Shown: one piece after another, positions 36,196-48,722 of the stretch
How the letters are laid out: each line of letters starts with the position of its first letter
Numbering within the stretch: position 1 is the stretch's first letter
NCBI GenBank assembly: GCA_964540475.1
Contig: CAZIMC010000002.1
Span: forward strand, 111,551 to 175,550
DNA length: 64,000 nucleotides
Reading direction: 5' to 3'
Source: an uncultured Gammaproteobacteria bacterium
GTDB taxonomy: Bacteria; Patescibacteriota; Microgenomatia; UBA8517
Notes under the pieces: model-generated
The model's database searches: none
What the model saw: only the letters and a program-made list of their open reading frames with translations
Told to the model about the DNA's origin: nothing
Program-made: the position numbers and the translations under genes

Positions 36196-36951
36196 CTACC
36201 TAAGTTCGAAGATAACGTTTACATTTACTATAACTTCATTCGTACCTGGTTGAATCTGGGGTAGGTCCGAGGCTGCGTCTCCTGTACCCGTTCCAACTTC
36301 TCTTAGTGGCATCGGATAATAGTCTTTGCCACTCTCAAATTCAGAGATATTAATTATTCGTCCCAGGGTAACTCCTGATGCTTGAGCGAGTCCCGAGGCT
36401 TTTTCTTTAGCCTTTTTAACCGCTTCAGCCCTAGCCTCGTTAAGCTTTTCATTTCTTGTTTCGTCGTTTACATCAAACGAAATGTTTCCTACAACATTTG
36501 CACCAGATCTTGTTGCAACTGCAATAACCTCATTTACCTGGTCCAGGTTTTTGACCTTTATCTCGTAGCTTGCAGAAACCCTGTATCCAGTTATCCTTGC
36601 TGGGCGTGTATCGAAACTTTGTTCGGGGTAAATGTTATAGTTTACCGTTTTAATGTCTGTATCACTTATACCCAGCCTTTTAAGCTCATCGGTAACCATC
36701 TTTGCTTTAGTGTTTGCTGATGCTTGAGTTTGGCTTAACGAAGCTCCCACCTCTTCGATTCCCACAGTTACTTTTGCCGTGTCGTTAGGCACAGCTGCTC
36801 TACCTTCGGCGTTAACGACCAATGGCTCACCCCTTGTTTGGCTTAATACATTTATTGGAAGGCTGGGCCCGAACTTTGAATATAAATATAGGCTAAGAAA
36901 AAAGAAGATAATTATAAGAATAGGCCTTAAATATAGTTGTCTAAGCTCCAT
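36196..36951 (-). CDS. SIMPL/DUF541 (YggE-like) periplasmic protein
   Basis: N-terminal TM/signal. Duplicated beta-alpha SIMPL pattern (AKVTVGIEEVG...ITGYRVSASYEIKVKNLDQVNEVI). Confidence 0.7.
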   Translation of the reverse strand: MELRQLYLRPILIIIFFFLSLYLYSKFGPSLPINVLSQTRGEPLVVNAEGRAAVPNDTAKVTVGIEEVGASLSQTQASANTKAKMVTDELKRLGISDTDIKTVNYNIYPEQSFDTRPARITGYRVSASYEIKVKNLDQVNEVIAVATRSGANVVGNISFDVNDETRNEKLNEARAEAVKKAKEKASGLAQASGVTLGRIINISEFESGKDYYPMPLREVGTGTGDAASDLPQIQPGTNEVIVNVNVIFELR

Positions 36952-36953
36952 AC

Positions 36954-39608
36954 CTATACAGTATTGCTTGCTGATGTCGAAGTTGTCAAGACTTCTTCCT
37001 CGTCGCCATTCTTTTCTAGACAGGCAGATGCAGCTACCGAATCACCTTTGTTTGCAAAGCGCATTAGAATTACTCCTTGTGTGGCTCTCCCGAGCTGTGG
37101 AATATTTCGAAGCGGGAGTTTAATTACTTGACCCATCTTTGAAGTTATCACAAGCTGGTCAATCTTTTCGGTCACCATGGAGGCACTTCTAATTTCTCCA
37201 GTTTTGGGAGTTACAACTGCCGCCTTTACACCTTTGCCTGCCCGTTTTTGTGTAGGAAAAAGATGAACCGGTGTTCTTTTGCCTAAACCCTTCTCAGTAA
37301 CGATCATAATATCGCGGAAAAACTTTTTGCGTTTATCAGCAGGCTTTTCTTCTTTAACAGGAAATACCTCCATTCCAATTACCTCATCACCTGCCTCCAT
37401 TTTCATTCCGGCTACACCAGAAGTCGCCCTACCCATCGGCCGGACATTTCCTTCAGGGAATTTGATAGCCTTTCCCTTTTTAGTAAGAAGCAAAATGTAA
37501 TCTTCCCCATTTGTTAAGCGCGCAGAGACTAGTGAATCCTCTTTATGAAGTTTAATTGCAATAAGCCCTGAAGCACGCAAATTCTCGAATTCACTTAAAT
37601 TGGTCTTTTTAACAACACCTGTTTTGGTGGCTAGAATAATATTCTTACCCTTCTTGTCAGAATTTAGAGTCAAAATTGATTGGACATTTTCGTTCTGTTC
37701 AAGATTGAGAAAATTTACCAGAGCCTGACCTTTAGCTTGCCTTGAAGTTTCGGGAATTTCCCAAGCTTTAGACCTAAAAACACGTCCCTTGTCGGTAAAG
37801 AACAGTATTGTGTCGTGGGTCGTACTTGACAAAAGGTGGGCAATTTCATCTTCCTCTTTGGTGGTCATGCCCAAAACCCCTTTGCCACCCCGTTTTTGAG
37901 CCCTATACGTAGTTATTGGGAGCCGTTTTATATAGCCTGTTTTTGTGACGGTTATTAGCGTTTCTTCTTTGGCAACCAGATCTTCTTCGCTAAATTCACC
38001 GATTTTTGCTTTATATATTTTAGTGCGCCTGTTATCGCCAAACTTCTCTTTAAGTTCTGCAATTTCTCTAAGAATAATATCCAAAACCTTCTGTGGGTCC
38101 CGCAGGATTGCCACCAACTGATCAATTAACTTTTTTATTTCCTCATACTCTTTTTCGATTTTTTCCCGCTCAAGAGCGGCTAATCGTCTAAGCTGCATAT
38201 CTAAAATTGCGGTTGATTGGATTTCTGAGAGTTTAAATCTCTCAATCAAGTTCTTTTTGGCGTCGTCCTGGGTCCTGCTTTCTCGTATGGTTTTAATTAC
38301 TGCATCGAGGTTGTCCAGAGCAATTTTTAACCCTTCCAAAATATGTGCACGCCTTTTTGCTTCGGCAAGTTCGAAAATTGTTCTTCGCGTTATTACCTTC
38401 TGTCTGTGTTTAACATACTCGACTAAAATTTGTTTTAAATTAAGCGTATGCGGAGTGCCTTCAACAAGTGCAACAAAGTTGGCGGGGAAAGTTGTTTGAA
38501 GCTTGGTGTGTTTGAAAATGTTATTTAAAACTGATTTTGGTTTAGCATCCCGTTTGAGTTCAACAACTACCCTCATTCCCTCTTTGTCAGACTCGTCACG
38601 AAGATCTGCAATGCCTACAACTCTTTTTTCTTTAACCAAGTCAGCAATTTTTACCACCAGTTCGGCTTTATTAACCTGGTACGGAATTTCTGAAATTACA
38701 ATTTGTTGTCTTCCTTTTGCCGCTTCCGTTATTTCAGCCACTCCTCTGACTACAATTTTGCCTCTGCCTGTTGCGTACACATCCTTAAGACTTTCTGCAT
38801 CATATATTGCTCCGGCAGTTGGGAAATCTGGTCCCGGGACTATTTGAATGAGTTCATCAACAGTAACTTCACTTTCAAAACCAGCCGCTGTTGGATTAAT
38901 TTCGCCAATTTGTAGTTTTTTTTCTTCTCCAGAGGCAACTAAATTAATTTTTTTGATTACAAAGTCGGTTTGTTCGTTCTGGGCCCTTTCTTCGCTTATG
39001 ACCTTACCCTTTTTTATAGTTAGGGTGACTGCATCCACTACTTCGGAAAGGTTGTGGGGAGGAATTTTTGTAGCCATTCCAACTGCAATACCTTCTGAGC
39101 CCATTAATAAGAGATTGGGAAGCAGTGCCGGGAGGTAGTCGGGTTCGCTTAGAGTTGCATCAAAATTTTCAGTGAAGGCAACCGTATCTTTTTCAATATC
39201 GGCAAGCATACTTTCCGATATTGGTGCCATCTTGACCTCGGTATAACGCATTGCGGCTGGCGGATCACCATCAACCGACCCGAAATTTCCCTGGCCGGTT
39301 ACCAGGGGGTATCTCATCGAGAATTGCTGAGCAAGTCTTACTAATGCGTCGTAAACAGGGGTGTCACCGTGCGGATGGAACTTTCCCAAAACTTCTCCAA
39401 CTACTTTTGCGCTTTTGGTAAAAGATGAAGTTGGGCCCAGACCCATCATGTGCATACCGTAGAGGATTCTTCTGTGAACCGGCTTTAAACCATCACGCAC
39501 ATCAGGCAGGGCGCGCGCAACTATGACGCTCATCGCATAGTCGAGATAACTTTTACTAAGTTCTGAGGTAATGTCTACTTGTTGAATTTTTCCGATATCC
39601 ATCTTCAA
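36954..39608 (-). CDS. gyrA: DNA gyrase subunit A
   Basis: 884 aa. Active-site Tyr region [27 protein letters not shown]-terminal beta-pinwheel repeats. Confidence 0.95.
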   Translation of the reverse strand: MKMDIGKIQQVDITSELSKSYLDYAMSVIVARALPDVRDGLKPVHRRILYGMHMMGLGPTSSFTKSAKVVGEVLGKFHPHGDTPVYDALVRLAQQFSMRYPLVTGQGNFGSVDGDPPAAMRYTEVKMAPISESMLADIEKDTVAFTENFDATLSEPDYLPALLPNLLLMGSEGIAVGMATKIPPHNLSEVVDAVTLTIKKGKVISEERAQNEQTDFVIKKINLVASGEEKKLQIGEINPTAAGFESEVTVDELIQIVPGPDFPTAGAIYDAESLKDVYATGRGKIVVRGVAEITEAAKGRQQIVISEIPYQVNKAELVVKIADLVKEKRVVGIADLRDESDKEGMRVVVELKRDAKPKSVLNNIFKHTKLQTTFPANFVALVEGTPHTLNLKQILVEYVKHRQKVITRRTIFELAEAKRRAHILEGLKIALDNLDAVIKTIRESRTQDDAKKNLIERFKLSEIQSTAILDMQLRRLAALEREKIEKEYEEIKKLIDQLVAILRDPQKVLDIILREIAELKEKFGDNRRTKIYKAKIGEFSEEDLVAKEETLITVTKTGYIKRLPITTYRAQKRGGKGVLGMTTKEEDEIAHLLSSTTHDTILFFTDKGRVFRSKAWEIPETSRQAKGQALVNFLNLEQNENVQSILTLNSDKKGKNIILATKTGVVKKTNLSEFENLRASGLIAIKLHKEDSLVSARLTNGEDYILLLTKKGKAIKFPEGNVRPMGRATSGVAGMKMEAGDEVIGMEVFPVKEEKPADKRKKFFRDIMIVTEKGLGKRTPVHLFPTQKRAGKGVKAAVVTPKTGEIRSASMVTEKIDQLVITSKMGQVIKLPLRNIPQLGRATQGVILMRFANKGDSVAASACLEKNGDEEEVLTTSTSASNTV

Positions 39609-39757
39609 TTAAATTCTAAATTCGAAATACTAAACCTAATATGCTTGAGTAACCAATATATATCATTTTTTACAAAAAAAGAAGCCGCTTGGCCTACCTA
39701 AATTATACAATTTTGAGCCTGTGTTAACAACCTTAAATATGCTGTATAATCTAGAAA

Positions 39758-40189
39758 ATGGATCGGAAAGTTATCGATTTTTTAGGAAAGCATCGGATTT
39801 CCGTACTAACAACTTTGCTTAAAAGTGGGCAACCACATTCGGCAACGCTCCATTATGCTTATACTCCTGAGTCAGACGAATTTGTTTTTCTAACGGAGGC
39901 AAACAGTGTAAAGTGTACTGACCTTGCACCCGACACCCCTTCCCCATCATCTTTGGTAATTGGGTTTAGTGAAGAGGAGTGGATAACGTTTCAGGCTGAG
40001 GGAGAAGTTACACTTGTTCAAGATGAAGGCTCCTTAGATAAAGCTTGGGACATTTACGCTTCAAAATATAAAGGCGCTGACAAGCACAAAGGCAATCAGC
40101 ATTCTGTAATTCTTAAATTTGTCCCGAAATGGTGGCGTTATACCGAAGTTAAGCCGGATCCAATGAGAGTTATTTCCTCTGAGGATTAA
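39758..40189 (+). CDS. pyridoxamine 5'-phosphate oxidase-like FMN-binding protein
   Basis: 143 aa. HRISVLTTLLKSGQPHSATLHYA is PNPOx-like. Confidence 0.6.
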   Translation: MDRKVIDFLGKHRISVLTTLLKSGQPHSATLHYAYTPESDEFVFLTEANSVKCTDLAPDTPSPSSLVIGFSEEEWITFQAEGEVTLVQDEGSLDKAWDIYASKYKGADKHKGNQHSVILKFVPKWWRYTEVKPDPMRVISSED

Positions 40190-40197
40190 TTAAAATC

Positions 40198-40668
40198 CTA
40201 ATTATTTTCAAGGATATACCCTACTTTGATCGCAAGTCTTGCAAAATTGAGTGCATTATTAAGCGGTACCCCCTTTTTTATAACCTTTTTGTGGACATTA
40301 TTTTCCTGTGCCCACTCAACATATCTGGCTATTGCCTCATCCTCGGTTTTTGAACGTTTAACTGCCAGAAAGGACCCCTGAATAATTGTATTTGTTATTG
40401 ATATATCGTTTATTCCCGCCAGTCTTCCTGTGGTTTCAACACTTTTCATTAATAAAGGAATAGATCGCAAGAATTCAGAAATTTTAGTTCTTCTCCTGAC
40501 GACATCAGCGATGAGTTTGTTTAATGGTACTTGGCTTTCATAAATACCGACTAAGTTCTCTACAAGCTCTTCGTAAGATATTCGGCTCAAGTGAGCGTAA
40601 CCCTCAAGAGGTTCAGCTAGCTTTGCTTTAAGATCACTTTCCATTTTTTCGACTGCGACTCTCAACAA
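40198..40668 (-). CDS. hypothetical protein
   Basis: 156-aa ORF. No motif recognised. Confidence 0.4.
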   Translation of the reverse strand: MLRVAVEKMESDLKAKLAEPLEGYAHLSRISYEELVENLVGIYESQVPLNKLIADVVRRRTKISEFLRSIPLLMKSVETTGRLAGINDISITNTIIQGSFLAVKRSKTEDEAIARYVEWAQENNVHKKVIKKGVPLNNALNFARLAIKVGYILENN

Positions 40669-40822
40669 TATCTGCCAATATATATGTTAAGCCGCATGTT
40701 AAGGCAATTGCAGCGCCGGTTTGACCGCCAATTACGAGTCCCCCTGCAATGCCTATAATATCTAACTTTTTAGAAAAGGCAGCAGCAGATTCAACTATGC
40801 TTCTTCTTTCTGAGTTTGTCAT
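40634..40822 (-). CDS. small Gly-zipper membrane protein (hypothetical)
   Basis: 62 aa from the internal Met (MTNSERR...IIGIAGGLVIGGQTGAAIALTCG). Confidence 0.3.
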   Translation of the reverse strand: MTNSERRSIVESAAAFSKKLDIIGIAGGLVIGGQTGAAIALTCGLTYILADIVESRSRKNGK

Positions 40823-40876
40823 CTTTGTTTGCAAACTTATTTTACACCTAAGATTCCATTGCCCGGACTCTCTCAT

Positions 40877-41332
40877 CTACCCAATTTCTAACACCCGCCC
40901 TCTTAGGGGTGGGCTTGATAACTCAAAGGATTCATTTGTGCTTTTTCCTGCCAGGGTGTTTCCTAACGGTGAGTTACGGGTGATTATCTTAATCTCATCA
41001 AGTTTGAGAGGTTCTTGTAAAAAGTAAAATTCCTCGCTCCTTCCGTCATCAAATTCAAGCTTGATGAAAGAAAAATCTACAATGACGTTTGGTGGATCAT
41101 TATTTATTGTGGACTCAAGCTTGTCCTTTATAGCAAGTAGCTTTTCAAGATAGCTTTGTGCAATATGGGCCTGGTTTTTTGAATGTTCCCGATCCCCTGA
41201 TTGTGAAGGAGAATTTGCAGCTGCTTTAGCGATCTCCTGAGCGGCAACCTTAGTCTTTTTGGTATAATTTTTGGCCTTTTTAATTTCTTTTTCCAGCAGT
41301 TTACTGAAAATATGTAGTTTTGGTCTATTCAT
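40877..41332 (-). CDS. greA: GreA/GreB-family transcription elongation factor-like
   Basis: C-terminal FKBP-like segment IITRNSPLGNTLAGKSTNESFEL resembles GreA SPIGRALLGK.GD. K/A-rich N-terminal coiled coil. Confidence 0.55.
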   Translation of the reverse strand: MNRPKLHIFSKLLEKEIKKAKNYTKKTKVAAQEIAKAAANSPSQSGDREHSKNQAHIAQSYLEKLLAIKDKLESTINNDPPNVIVDFSFIKLEFDDGRSEEFYFLQEPLKLDEIKIITRNSPLGNTLAGKSTNESFELSSPPLRGRVLEIG

Positions 41333-41374
41333 TCGGAAATTTTACCAGAATGACTGTGCGAGGTACAATATAGT

Positions 41375-42157
41375 ATGCTCAAAAAAATATTTGTAACATT
41401 ATTATCACTAGTGATTCTTATTATCCTTGTGGATTTTTACAGAGAAAACCATCAAACTCCAATACTGGGCACTTTTTCTGAATCTCAATCTTACTCTCCC
41501 ACCCCCAAGCCTGCCTCTGGTCTGTCACTAGATTATAAAGGCCGTGAAATTGGGATAAACTGGTTTGAGGTTGAACCATCAAAATTGGTACTTATACCGA
41601 ATTTTACCAAGAGACTAACCGCCAAGGAAGCAAAAGAGGCAAATGGTTGTAAAAGCCTTGTGAATGCTGGCTTTTACTCAAAAGATATATCTCCTATCGG
41701 ACTCTTTATTAACGACGACGGTCAAATGCAGAGTTGGCAGGCTAATAGGCTTTTTAATGGCGTTCTATCAATCAACCATCTGGATGTACCACGAATTACA
41801 AGTTCTCAGCCCCGTGACATTTTAAGAATTGGCTTGCAAAGTGGACCTGTTTTAATAGAAAACGCCCAACCCAGGACAATCGCGTTTGGAAATAGCCTAA
41901 TGGATAGAAGAGTAATTGCTTTTACAACTGGTGAAAACCGGCTTTATTTTGCCGTTTTTTACCTTAAGGACTTAAACTTTTCAGGACCAATTTTATCTGA
42001 TATGCCTGATTTGCTTATGGATTTTGAAGAAAAAGCTGGGGTAGAAATTGCAGATGCTATTAACTTGGATGGGGGCACTGCTTCCAGTTTTTATTCAAGT
42101 GATGTTTCTCTGTCAGAGATAAACTTTTCTGGTAGCTTCTTTTGCGAGGTTCAGTAA
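41375..42157 (+). CDS. phosphodiester glycosidase family protein (DUF2233, NAGPA-like)
   Basis: N-terminal TM. SLVNAGFY...GLFINDDGQ...AINLDGGTASSF. Confidence 0.6.
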   Translation: MLKKIFVTLLSLVILIILVDFYRENHQTPILGTFSESQSYSPTPKPASGLSLDYKGREIGINWFEVEPSKLVLIPNFTKRLTAKEAKEANGCKSLVNAGFYSKDISPIGLFINDDGQMQSWQANRLFNGVLSINHLDVPRITSSQPRDILRIGLQSGPVLIENAQPRTIAFGNSLMDRRVIAFTTGENRLYFAVFYLKDLNFSGPILSDMPDLLMDFEEKAGVEIADAINLDGGTASSFYSSDVSLSEINFSGSFFCEVQ

Positions 42158-42158
42158 C

Positions 42159-42746
42159 CTAGATTTTGGTAATCGAAGACAAGATGCTGTCAATCTCGGT
42201 AATTTTAAATTGCGAAGAGTTTTGAGGAAGTTCTATCGAGATGTGCCCATAAATGGTTGGTGCCATATATGTTTGGGCTACTTTATTGCAAACTGTAAAA
42301 CCTGTTGAATTTTGGGAGTCGGAGCTTCTTCTTAACTTTGCACCGTCGTTTGTATCGATGTCTTTGAAATATGCATATTCTGACTTCATAACTACGTCAG
42401 TTGGTGGATCGTTCGGATAAATACACAAGCTCCCCCCGCTTGCTCCCTGGGAAATTGAAATCTTGTAGCCACCGCTTGTTAGGGTTAAAATCTCCATTTC
42501 GGAATAAGGTTCTTCTAGGTCAAATTCCCATCCTTCCTCAAGAGTAAGCTGATATTTAACGAAACTCAATTTTCCTCCTGCCGTTACGGTCTGTTTTTGT
42601 GAGGCTGGTGAAACTTCCGGTTGAGGGGTTATACCTTGATCCCTTTGCAGTTTATCTGCCTTTAAAAATGAAAAATCGTTAAAGAAGGCAAGTGCCAAAC
42701 CGATACCTAAAGCGAGGCCAAAGAGCACAAAAGACACTAGTTTCAT
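42159..42746 (-). CDS. secreted hypothetical protein
   Basis: Signal/TM segment MKLVSFVLFGLALGIGLALAFF. 195 aa. Confidence 0.45.
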   Translation of the reverse strand: MKLVSFVLFGLALGIGLALAFFNDFSFLKADKLQRDQGITPQPEVSPASQKQTVTAGGKLSFVKYQLTLEEGWEFDLEEPYSEMEILTLTSGGYKISISQGASGGSLCIYPNDPPTDVVMKSEYAYFKDIDTNDGAKLRRSSDSQNSTGFTVCNKVAQTYMAPTIYGHISIELPQNSSQFKITEIDSILSSITKI

Positions 42747-43216
42747 TTTAGCGCAGATGCTATCACCTTTTCAGCATGACCAGCGTCTTTAAACTCTCCT
42801 GTTTTAACCCACTTACCAGGCTCAAGTTCCTTCATATGGTCCATGAAGTGCTTCATTTTATCCAGTAAGTGTTTTGGTACATCGGTGATATTTGCATATG
42901 ATCCATATAATGGATCCACCTTGAGGTCTGGCACGCATATTACTTTGGTGTCAACCCCACCCTCATCTGTCATTTCCAGCATGCCTACGGGATGACACTT
43001 CATAAGTACGCCCGGAACAACAGGAAGAGAGGATAGTACAATAGCATCTAACGGGTCGCCATCCTCACCTTTTGAGTTTTCCACATAACCGTAGTTAAAA
43101 GGATAATACATGGCTGTGTGAAGGAACCGGTCAACGCGAAGTTTGCCCAATTCTTCATCTACTTCGTATTTGACCGATCCTTGGGCTGGAATTTCAATTA
43201 ATACATCAAAATCCAT
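42743..43216 (-). CDS. ppa: inorganic pyrophosphatase
   Basis: VLIEIP...YPFNYGYV...DGDPLD is the family I PPase signature. Confidence 0.9.
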   Translation of the reverse strand: MDFDVLIEIPAQGSVKYEVDEELGKLRVDRFLHTAMYYPFNYGYVENSKGEDGDPLDAIVLSSLPVVPGVLMKCHPVGMLEMTDEGGVDTKVICVPDLKVDPLYGSYANITDVPKHLLDKMKHFMDHMKELEPGKWVKTGEFKDAGHAEKVIASALK

Positions 43217-43251
43217 GGTTATATTTTAATTTAACAATTAACAATTAGCAA

Positions 43252-45228
<1,977 letters not shown>

Positions 45229-45251
45229 TTATATCAGTTGTGAGCTTCCAT

Positions 45252-45860
45252 TTATATCAGGTTGATGACAAAGTTTGCAAGCTGCAAAGTAATGTTACCG
45301 CTTTTTTTGATATTATCTAATGCTAAAAGAGTTGTTTTACTATTGCGGGCTAATGACTGTTGCGTTAAAGGGTTTTGGAGTAGCTTTTTGTGAGTTAGCT
45401 TAAGAAATTGTTCTAAAAAGGCGATTGCTTTCTGCCTGTCTTTAATTTTATCAACAAAAGCCAATTTATCAGACATATTTAAACCGTCAAAAGTAATAAT
45501 TTCTCCATTTACGTCTTCGGTCTGACTGTCAGCTACCCTTATTATTTGGCATCTTGATAAAATTGTTGGTAATACGCCAGATTCATTTGGTGATGTCAGG
45601 AATAATTTCAGATTGCTTTGTGGTTCTTCAAGAGTTTTCAAAAAGGCATTTTGAGCTTCCTCTGTTGCCAAATGAAAGTCAGCAAAAAGATAAGCAGTTG
45701 GTTCTGCAAGCGTTAGTCGTACAAATTTGTTAAACTGTCGTACGTCTTCAACTTTTCTTATCGTGAAATCTACAAGCTTGAAATTTTTGTCACTTGCGAG
45801 CCTAGTTGCCCTTGTTTGAACCGCCAGGTTATCTGCTCCAACAATTAAAAAGGCGTGCAT
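45252..45860 (-). CDS. holB: DNA polymerase III delta-prime (HolB)-like clamp-loader subunit, short form
   Basis: LKTLEEP and ILSRCQ motifs. No P-loop. 202 aa. Confidence 0.5.
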   Translation of the reverse strand: MHAFLIVGADNLAVQTRATRLASDKNFKLVDFTIRKVEDVRQFNKFVRLTLAEPTAYLFADFHLATEEAQNAFLKTLEEPQSNLKLFLTSPNESGVLPTILSRCQIIRVADSQTEDVNGEIITFDGLNMSDKLAFVDKIKDRQKAIAFLEQFLKLTHKKLLQNPLTQQSLARNSKTTLLALDNIKKSGNITLQLANFVINLI

Positions 45861-45900
45861 GCCCTATATTAACATGTGAGTACTTGAACGCGGTTTGTGA

Positions 45901-47658
45901 TTGAGTCATAATGTTTACGATATGCCATTTCCTGTCCCTAATGCCACACCTATTGAAAACGATGTGGTCACGTTAGCGGATATATTAGTTCAACTCGGCG
46001 CTTTAGACGAGGCTCGTGCAAAGCAGGTAAAACTTGCTGAAATACAAACCGGAACCTCACAAGAAGACATTATAAAGCAGCAAAAGCTGGTTGATGAGGT
46101 AAGTTTGGTAAAGGCTAAGGCCAAGCTATATAACGTCCCGTTTATTGACCTAGGGTTGGTGCCAGCCTCACCCGAGGCGCTATCTATCCTTCCTCAGGAA
46201 ATTGCTGAGCGTTTTAAAGTTTTTCCCGTTTCTTCTGATCAACAAAGCAAAACCCTTGTTTTGGCAATGAGCGATCCATTGGATTTAACCGCTATTGAAT
46301 TTATTGAACAGCGAACAGGCTTAAGAGTCAAAGCCGAGGCAGCTGAACCTAGCAAAATTACTGAATATATTTCAACGAGATATGCAGGTTCATTGTCACA
46401 AGAAGTCACTGAGGCATTAAAAGAAGTGGACCCGGGAAGAGACAATGGCAGAAATTTGGATGTAAGCAGAACTGGGGTTATAAGAGAGGAAAAAATTGCA
46501 GAAATTGTTTCGCATGTTCTGGATTTTGCAGTTCGGGCAAGGGCTAGCGATATCCATATTGAACCACAAGAGCAGTCTACACGAGTTCGGTACAGAATAG
46601 ATGGTATTCTTCAAGAGAAACTGGCCATACCAAAACAGCTTCATGATTCGCTTTCATCACGGATCAAAATCTTAAGCGGTATGAAGATAGATGAAAAACG
46701 AGTGCCGCAGGACGGCAGATTTAACTTTAAAACGTCAGATGAAGAGGTTGACCTTCGTGTCAGTTCCCTTCCCACGTCCTGGGGAGAAAAAATTGTTATG
46801 CGTTTGCTTAAAAAAACTGGGGGCGTCCCTACACTTAATGAGTTGGGGTTAAGGGGTGGCGCTCTTAAAAATTTAGAGAATGCAATTTTAAGACCACATG
46901 GAATAATTTTGATCTGTGGTCCAACCGGTTCTGGAAAAACCACAACTCTATACTCAATAATTTCAAAAATTAATACGCCTCGGGTAAACATTGTAACCCT
47001 GGAGGATCCAATAGAGTATAAAATTCCGGGGGTAAATCAGGTTCAGGTTAACCCTGCGGTGGGGCTCACTTTTGCCTCAGGGCTACGTTCATTTTTACGG
47101 CAAGATCCTAATGTAATACTGGTTGGTGAAATTCGTGATAAAGAAACCGCTGAGCTTGCAATCCAGGCTTCTCTCACGGGCCATTTGGTCTTTTCGACTC
47201 TTCATACAAATGACGCTGCAGGGGCGCTTCCCAGACTTTTAGATATGGGTGCTGAGCCGTACCTCCTGGCTTCCTCAATGACAGCTATTGTTGCCCAGCG
47301 TGTGGTGCGCAAAATTCACGACAAATGTAAAACCACAGACGTAGCCAAGCCTGAGGTAATTCAGGAGATTAAAAGCGGGTTGGGCAATATTTGGCCGGCT
47401 GACAGGCAAATTAATCTATATAAAGGTTCGGGCGATGAAGAGTGTGGAAATAGCGGATATTTGGGTAGAATTGGAATTTTTGAGGTAATCCCCGTAAGTG
47501 AGAAAATTGGAAGGTTAATACTTGAGCGCTCTCCTGCCGTAACCATAGAAAAACAGGCGCGTGAAGAGGGGATGGTTACTCTTAAACAGGACGGATACTT
47601 AAAGGTTACAGAAGGTTTGACTACAATGGAAGAAATTCTAAGAGTGGCTCAGGAATAA
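45901..47658 (+). CDS. pilB: type IV pilus assembly ATPase PilB (GspE family)
   Basis: GSPII_E_N N-domain. Walker A ICGPTGSGKTTTLYS. Zn tetracysteine. 585 aa. Confidence 0.9.
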   Translation: MSHNVYDMPFPVPNATPIENDVVTLADILVQLGALDEARAKQVKLAEIQTGTSQEDIIKQQKLVDEVSLVKAKAKLYNVPFIDLGLVPASPEALSILPQEIAERFKVFPVSSDQQSKTLVLAMSDPLDLTAIEFIEQRTGLRVKAEAAEPSKITEYISTRYAGSLSQEVTEALKEVDPGRDNGRNLDVSRTGVIREEKIAEIVSHVLDFAVRARASDIHIEPQEQSTRVRYRIDGILQEKLAIPKQLHDSLSSRIKILSGMKIDEKRVPQDGRFNFKTSDEEVDLRVSSLPTSWGEKIVMRLLKKTGGVPTLNELGLRGGALKNLENAILRPHGIILICGPTGSGKTTTLYSIISKINTPRVNIVTLEDPIEYKIPGVNQVQVNPAVGLTFASGLRSFLRQDPNVILVGEIRDKETAELAIQASLTGHLVFSTLHTNDAAGALPRLLDMGAEPYLLASSMTAIVAQRVVRKIHDKCKTTDVAKPEVIQEIKSGLGNIWPADRQINLYKGSGDEECGNSGYLGRIGIFEVIPVSEKIGRLILERSPAVTIEKQAREEGMVTLKQDGYLKVTEGLTTMEEILRVAQE

Positions 47659-47660
47659 AT

Positions 47661-48719
47661 ATGAATTTAAGAGAACTACTTCAATTGGTTGTTGAGAGGA
47701 ACGCGTCGGATCTTCATCTGGTTAGCGGGTTTCCGCCAGCTTTAAGGGTAGATGGGGCGTTGTTCCCCGTTCCCGGGGAGGCTGTATTGACACCTGATAC
47801 TGTGGCTCAACTTCTAAAGGATGCACTAAAAGCCGACATTTTAGAGAGGCTTGTTAAAAATAAGGAAGTTGATTTCTCACTTGCCTACTCCGAAAAAGCC
47901 AGGTTTCGTGTTAATGCATACACCCAAAAGGGATCGTGGGCGGCGGCTTTTAGAAGAATCCCGATAGATATTCCTTTTATAGACTCACTTGGACTACCCA
48001 AGGTTTTGCATAATTTTGTTAATTTAAGGCAAGGTTTAATACTGGTTACAGGTCCAACGGGACACGGGAAGTCAACCACGCTTGCCTCAATCTTACAGGA
48101 AATAAACACCTCACGTGCTTGCCATATAGTGACCATTGAAGACCCGGTTGAATTCGTGTTTAAACCTGTAAAATCAATCATTTCCCAAAGAGAAATGTAT
48201 TATGATTCACTTTCCTGGCCGGTAGCACTAAGATCGGTGTTGCGGGAGGATCCGGACGTTGTCCTAATCGGTGAAATGCGTGATCATGAAACAATTGCTT
48301 CGGCTCTAACAATTGCCGAAACCGGGCACCTGGTTTTTGCAACCCTCCACACAAATTCTGCGGCGCAATCAGTTGATCGTATTGTTGATGTTTTTCCGGA
48401 CGAACAACAGGACCAGATCCGTCTGCAGCTTTCAAACGTTATCGAAGCTGTTTTCTCTCAGAGGTTAATTGAGGCTGCCAGCGGTGGACGGGTTGTAGGA
48501 TATGAATTAATGCTTGGAACAACTGCTATCAGGACCACGATACGCGACGGAAAAACTCACCAGATCGATAACATCATTCAAACCTCTCAGGAAGCCGGTA
48601 TGAACTCGCTTGAGCAGTCGCTTGCAGAACTAGTTAAAAAGGGAAAAATAACTCTTGATATTGCACAAAGCTACTCCTTAAGGCCAGATGAGCTGGCAAG
48701 ACTGGTAAGAACTGTTTAA
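47661..48719 (+). CDS. pilT: twitching motility (retraction) ATPase PilT
   Basis: Walker A LVTGPTGHGKSTTLAS. AIRN..R motif region. 352 aa. Confidence 0.9.
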   Translation: MNLRELLQLVVERNASDLHLVSGFPPALRVDGALFPVPGEAVLTPDTVAQLLKDALKADILERLVKNKEVDFSLAYSEKARFRVNAYTQKGSWAAAFRRIPIDIPFIDSLGLPKVLHNFVNLRQGLILVTGPTGHGKSTTLASILQEINTSRACHIVTIEDPVEFVFKPVKSIISQREMYYDSLSWPVALRSVLREDPDVVLIGEMRDHETIASALTIAETGHLVFATLHTNSAAQSVDRIVDVFPDEQQDQIRLQLSNVIEAVFSQRLIEAASGGRVVGYELMLGTTAIRTTIRDGKTHQIDNIIQTSQEAGMNSLEQSLAELVKKGKITLDIAQSYSLRPDELARLVRTV

Positions 48720-48722
48720 CCG

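Noticed and set aside
38257-39138. Several 70-114-aa ORFs antisense or out of frame within gyrA. Similar nested ORFs occur in the Kef gene (28016-28651), the SIMPL gene (36382-36720), pilB (46239-46991) and the large secreted gene (61832-63699).
   Set aside because: All lie inside strongly supported long genes. They have biased Ser/Leu/Arg composition typical of spurious frames and no independent signals.
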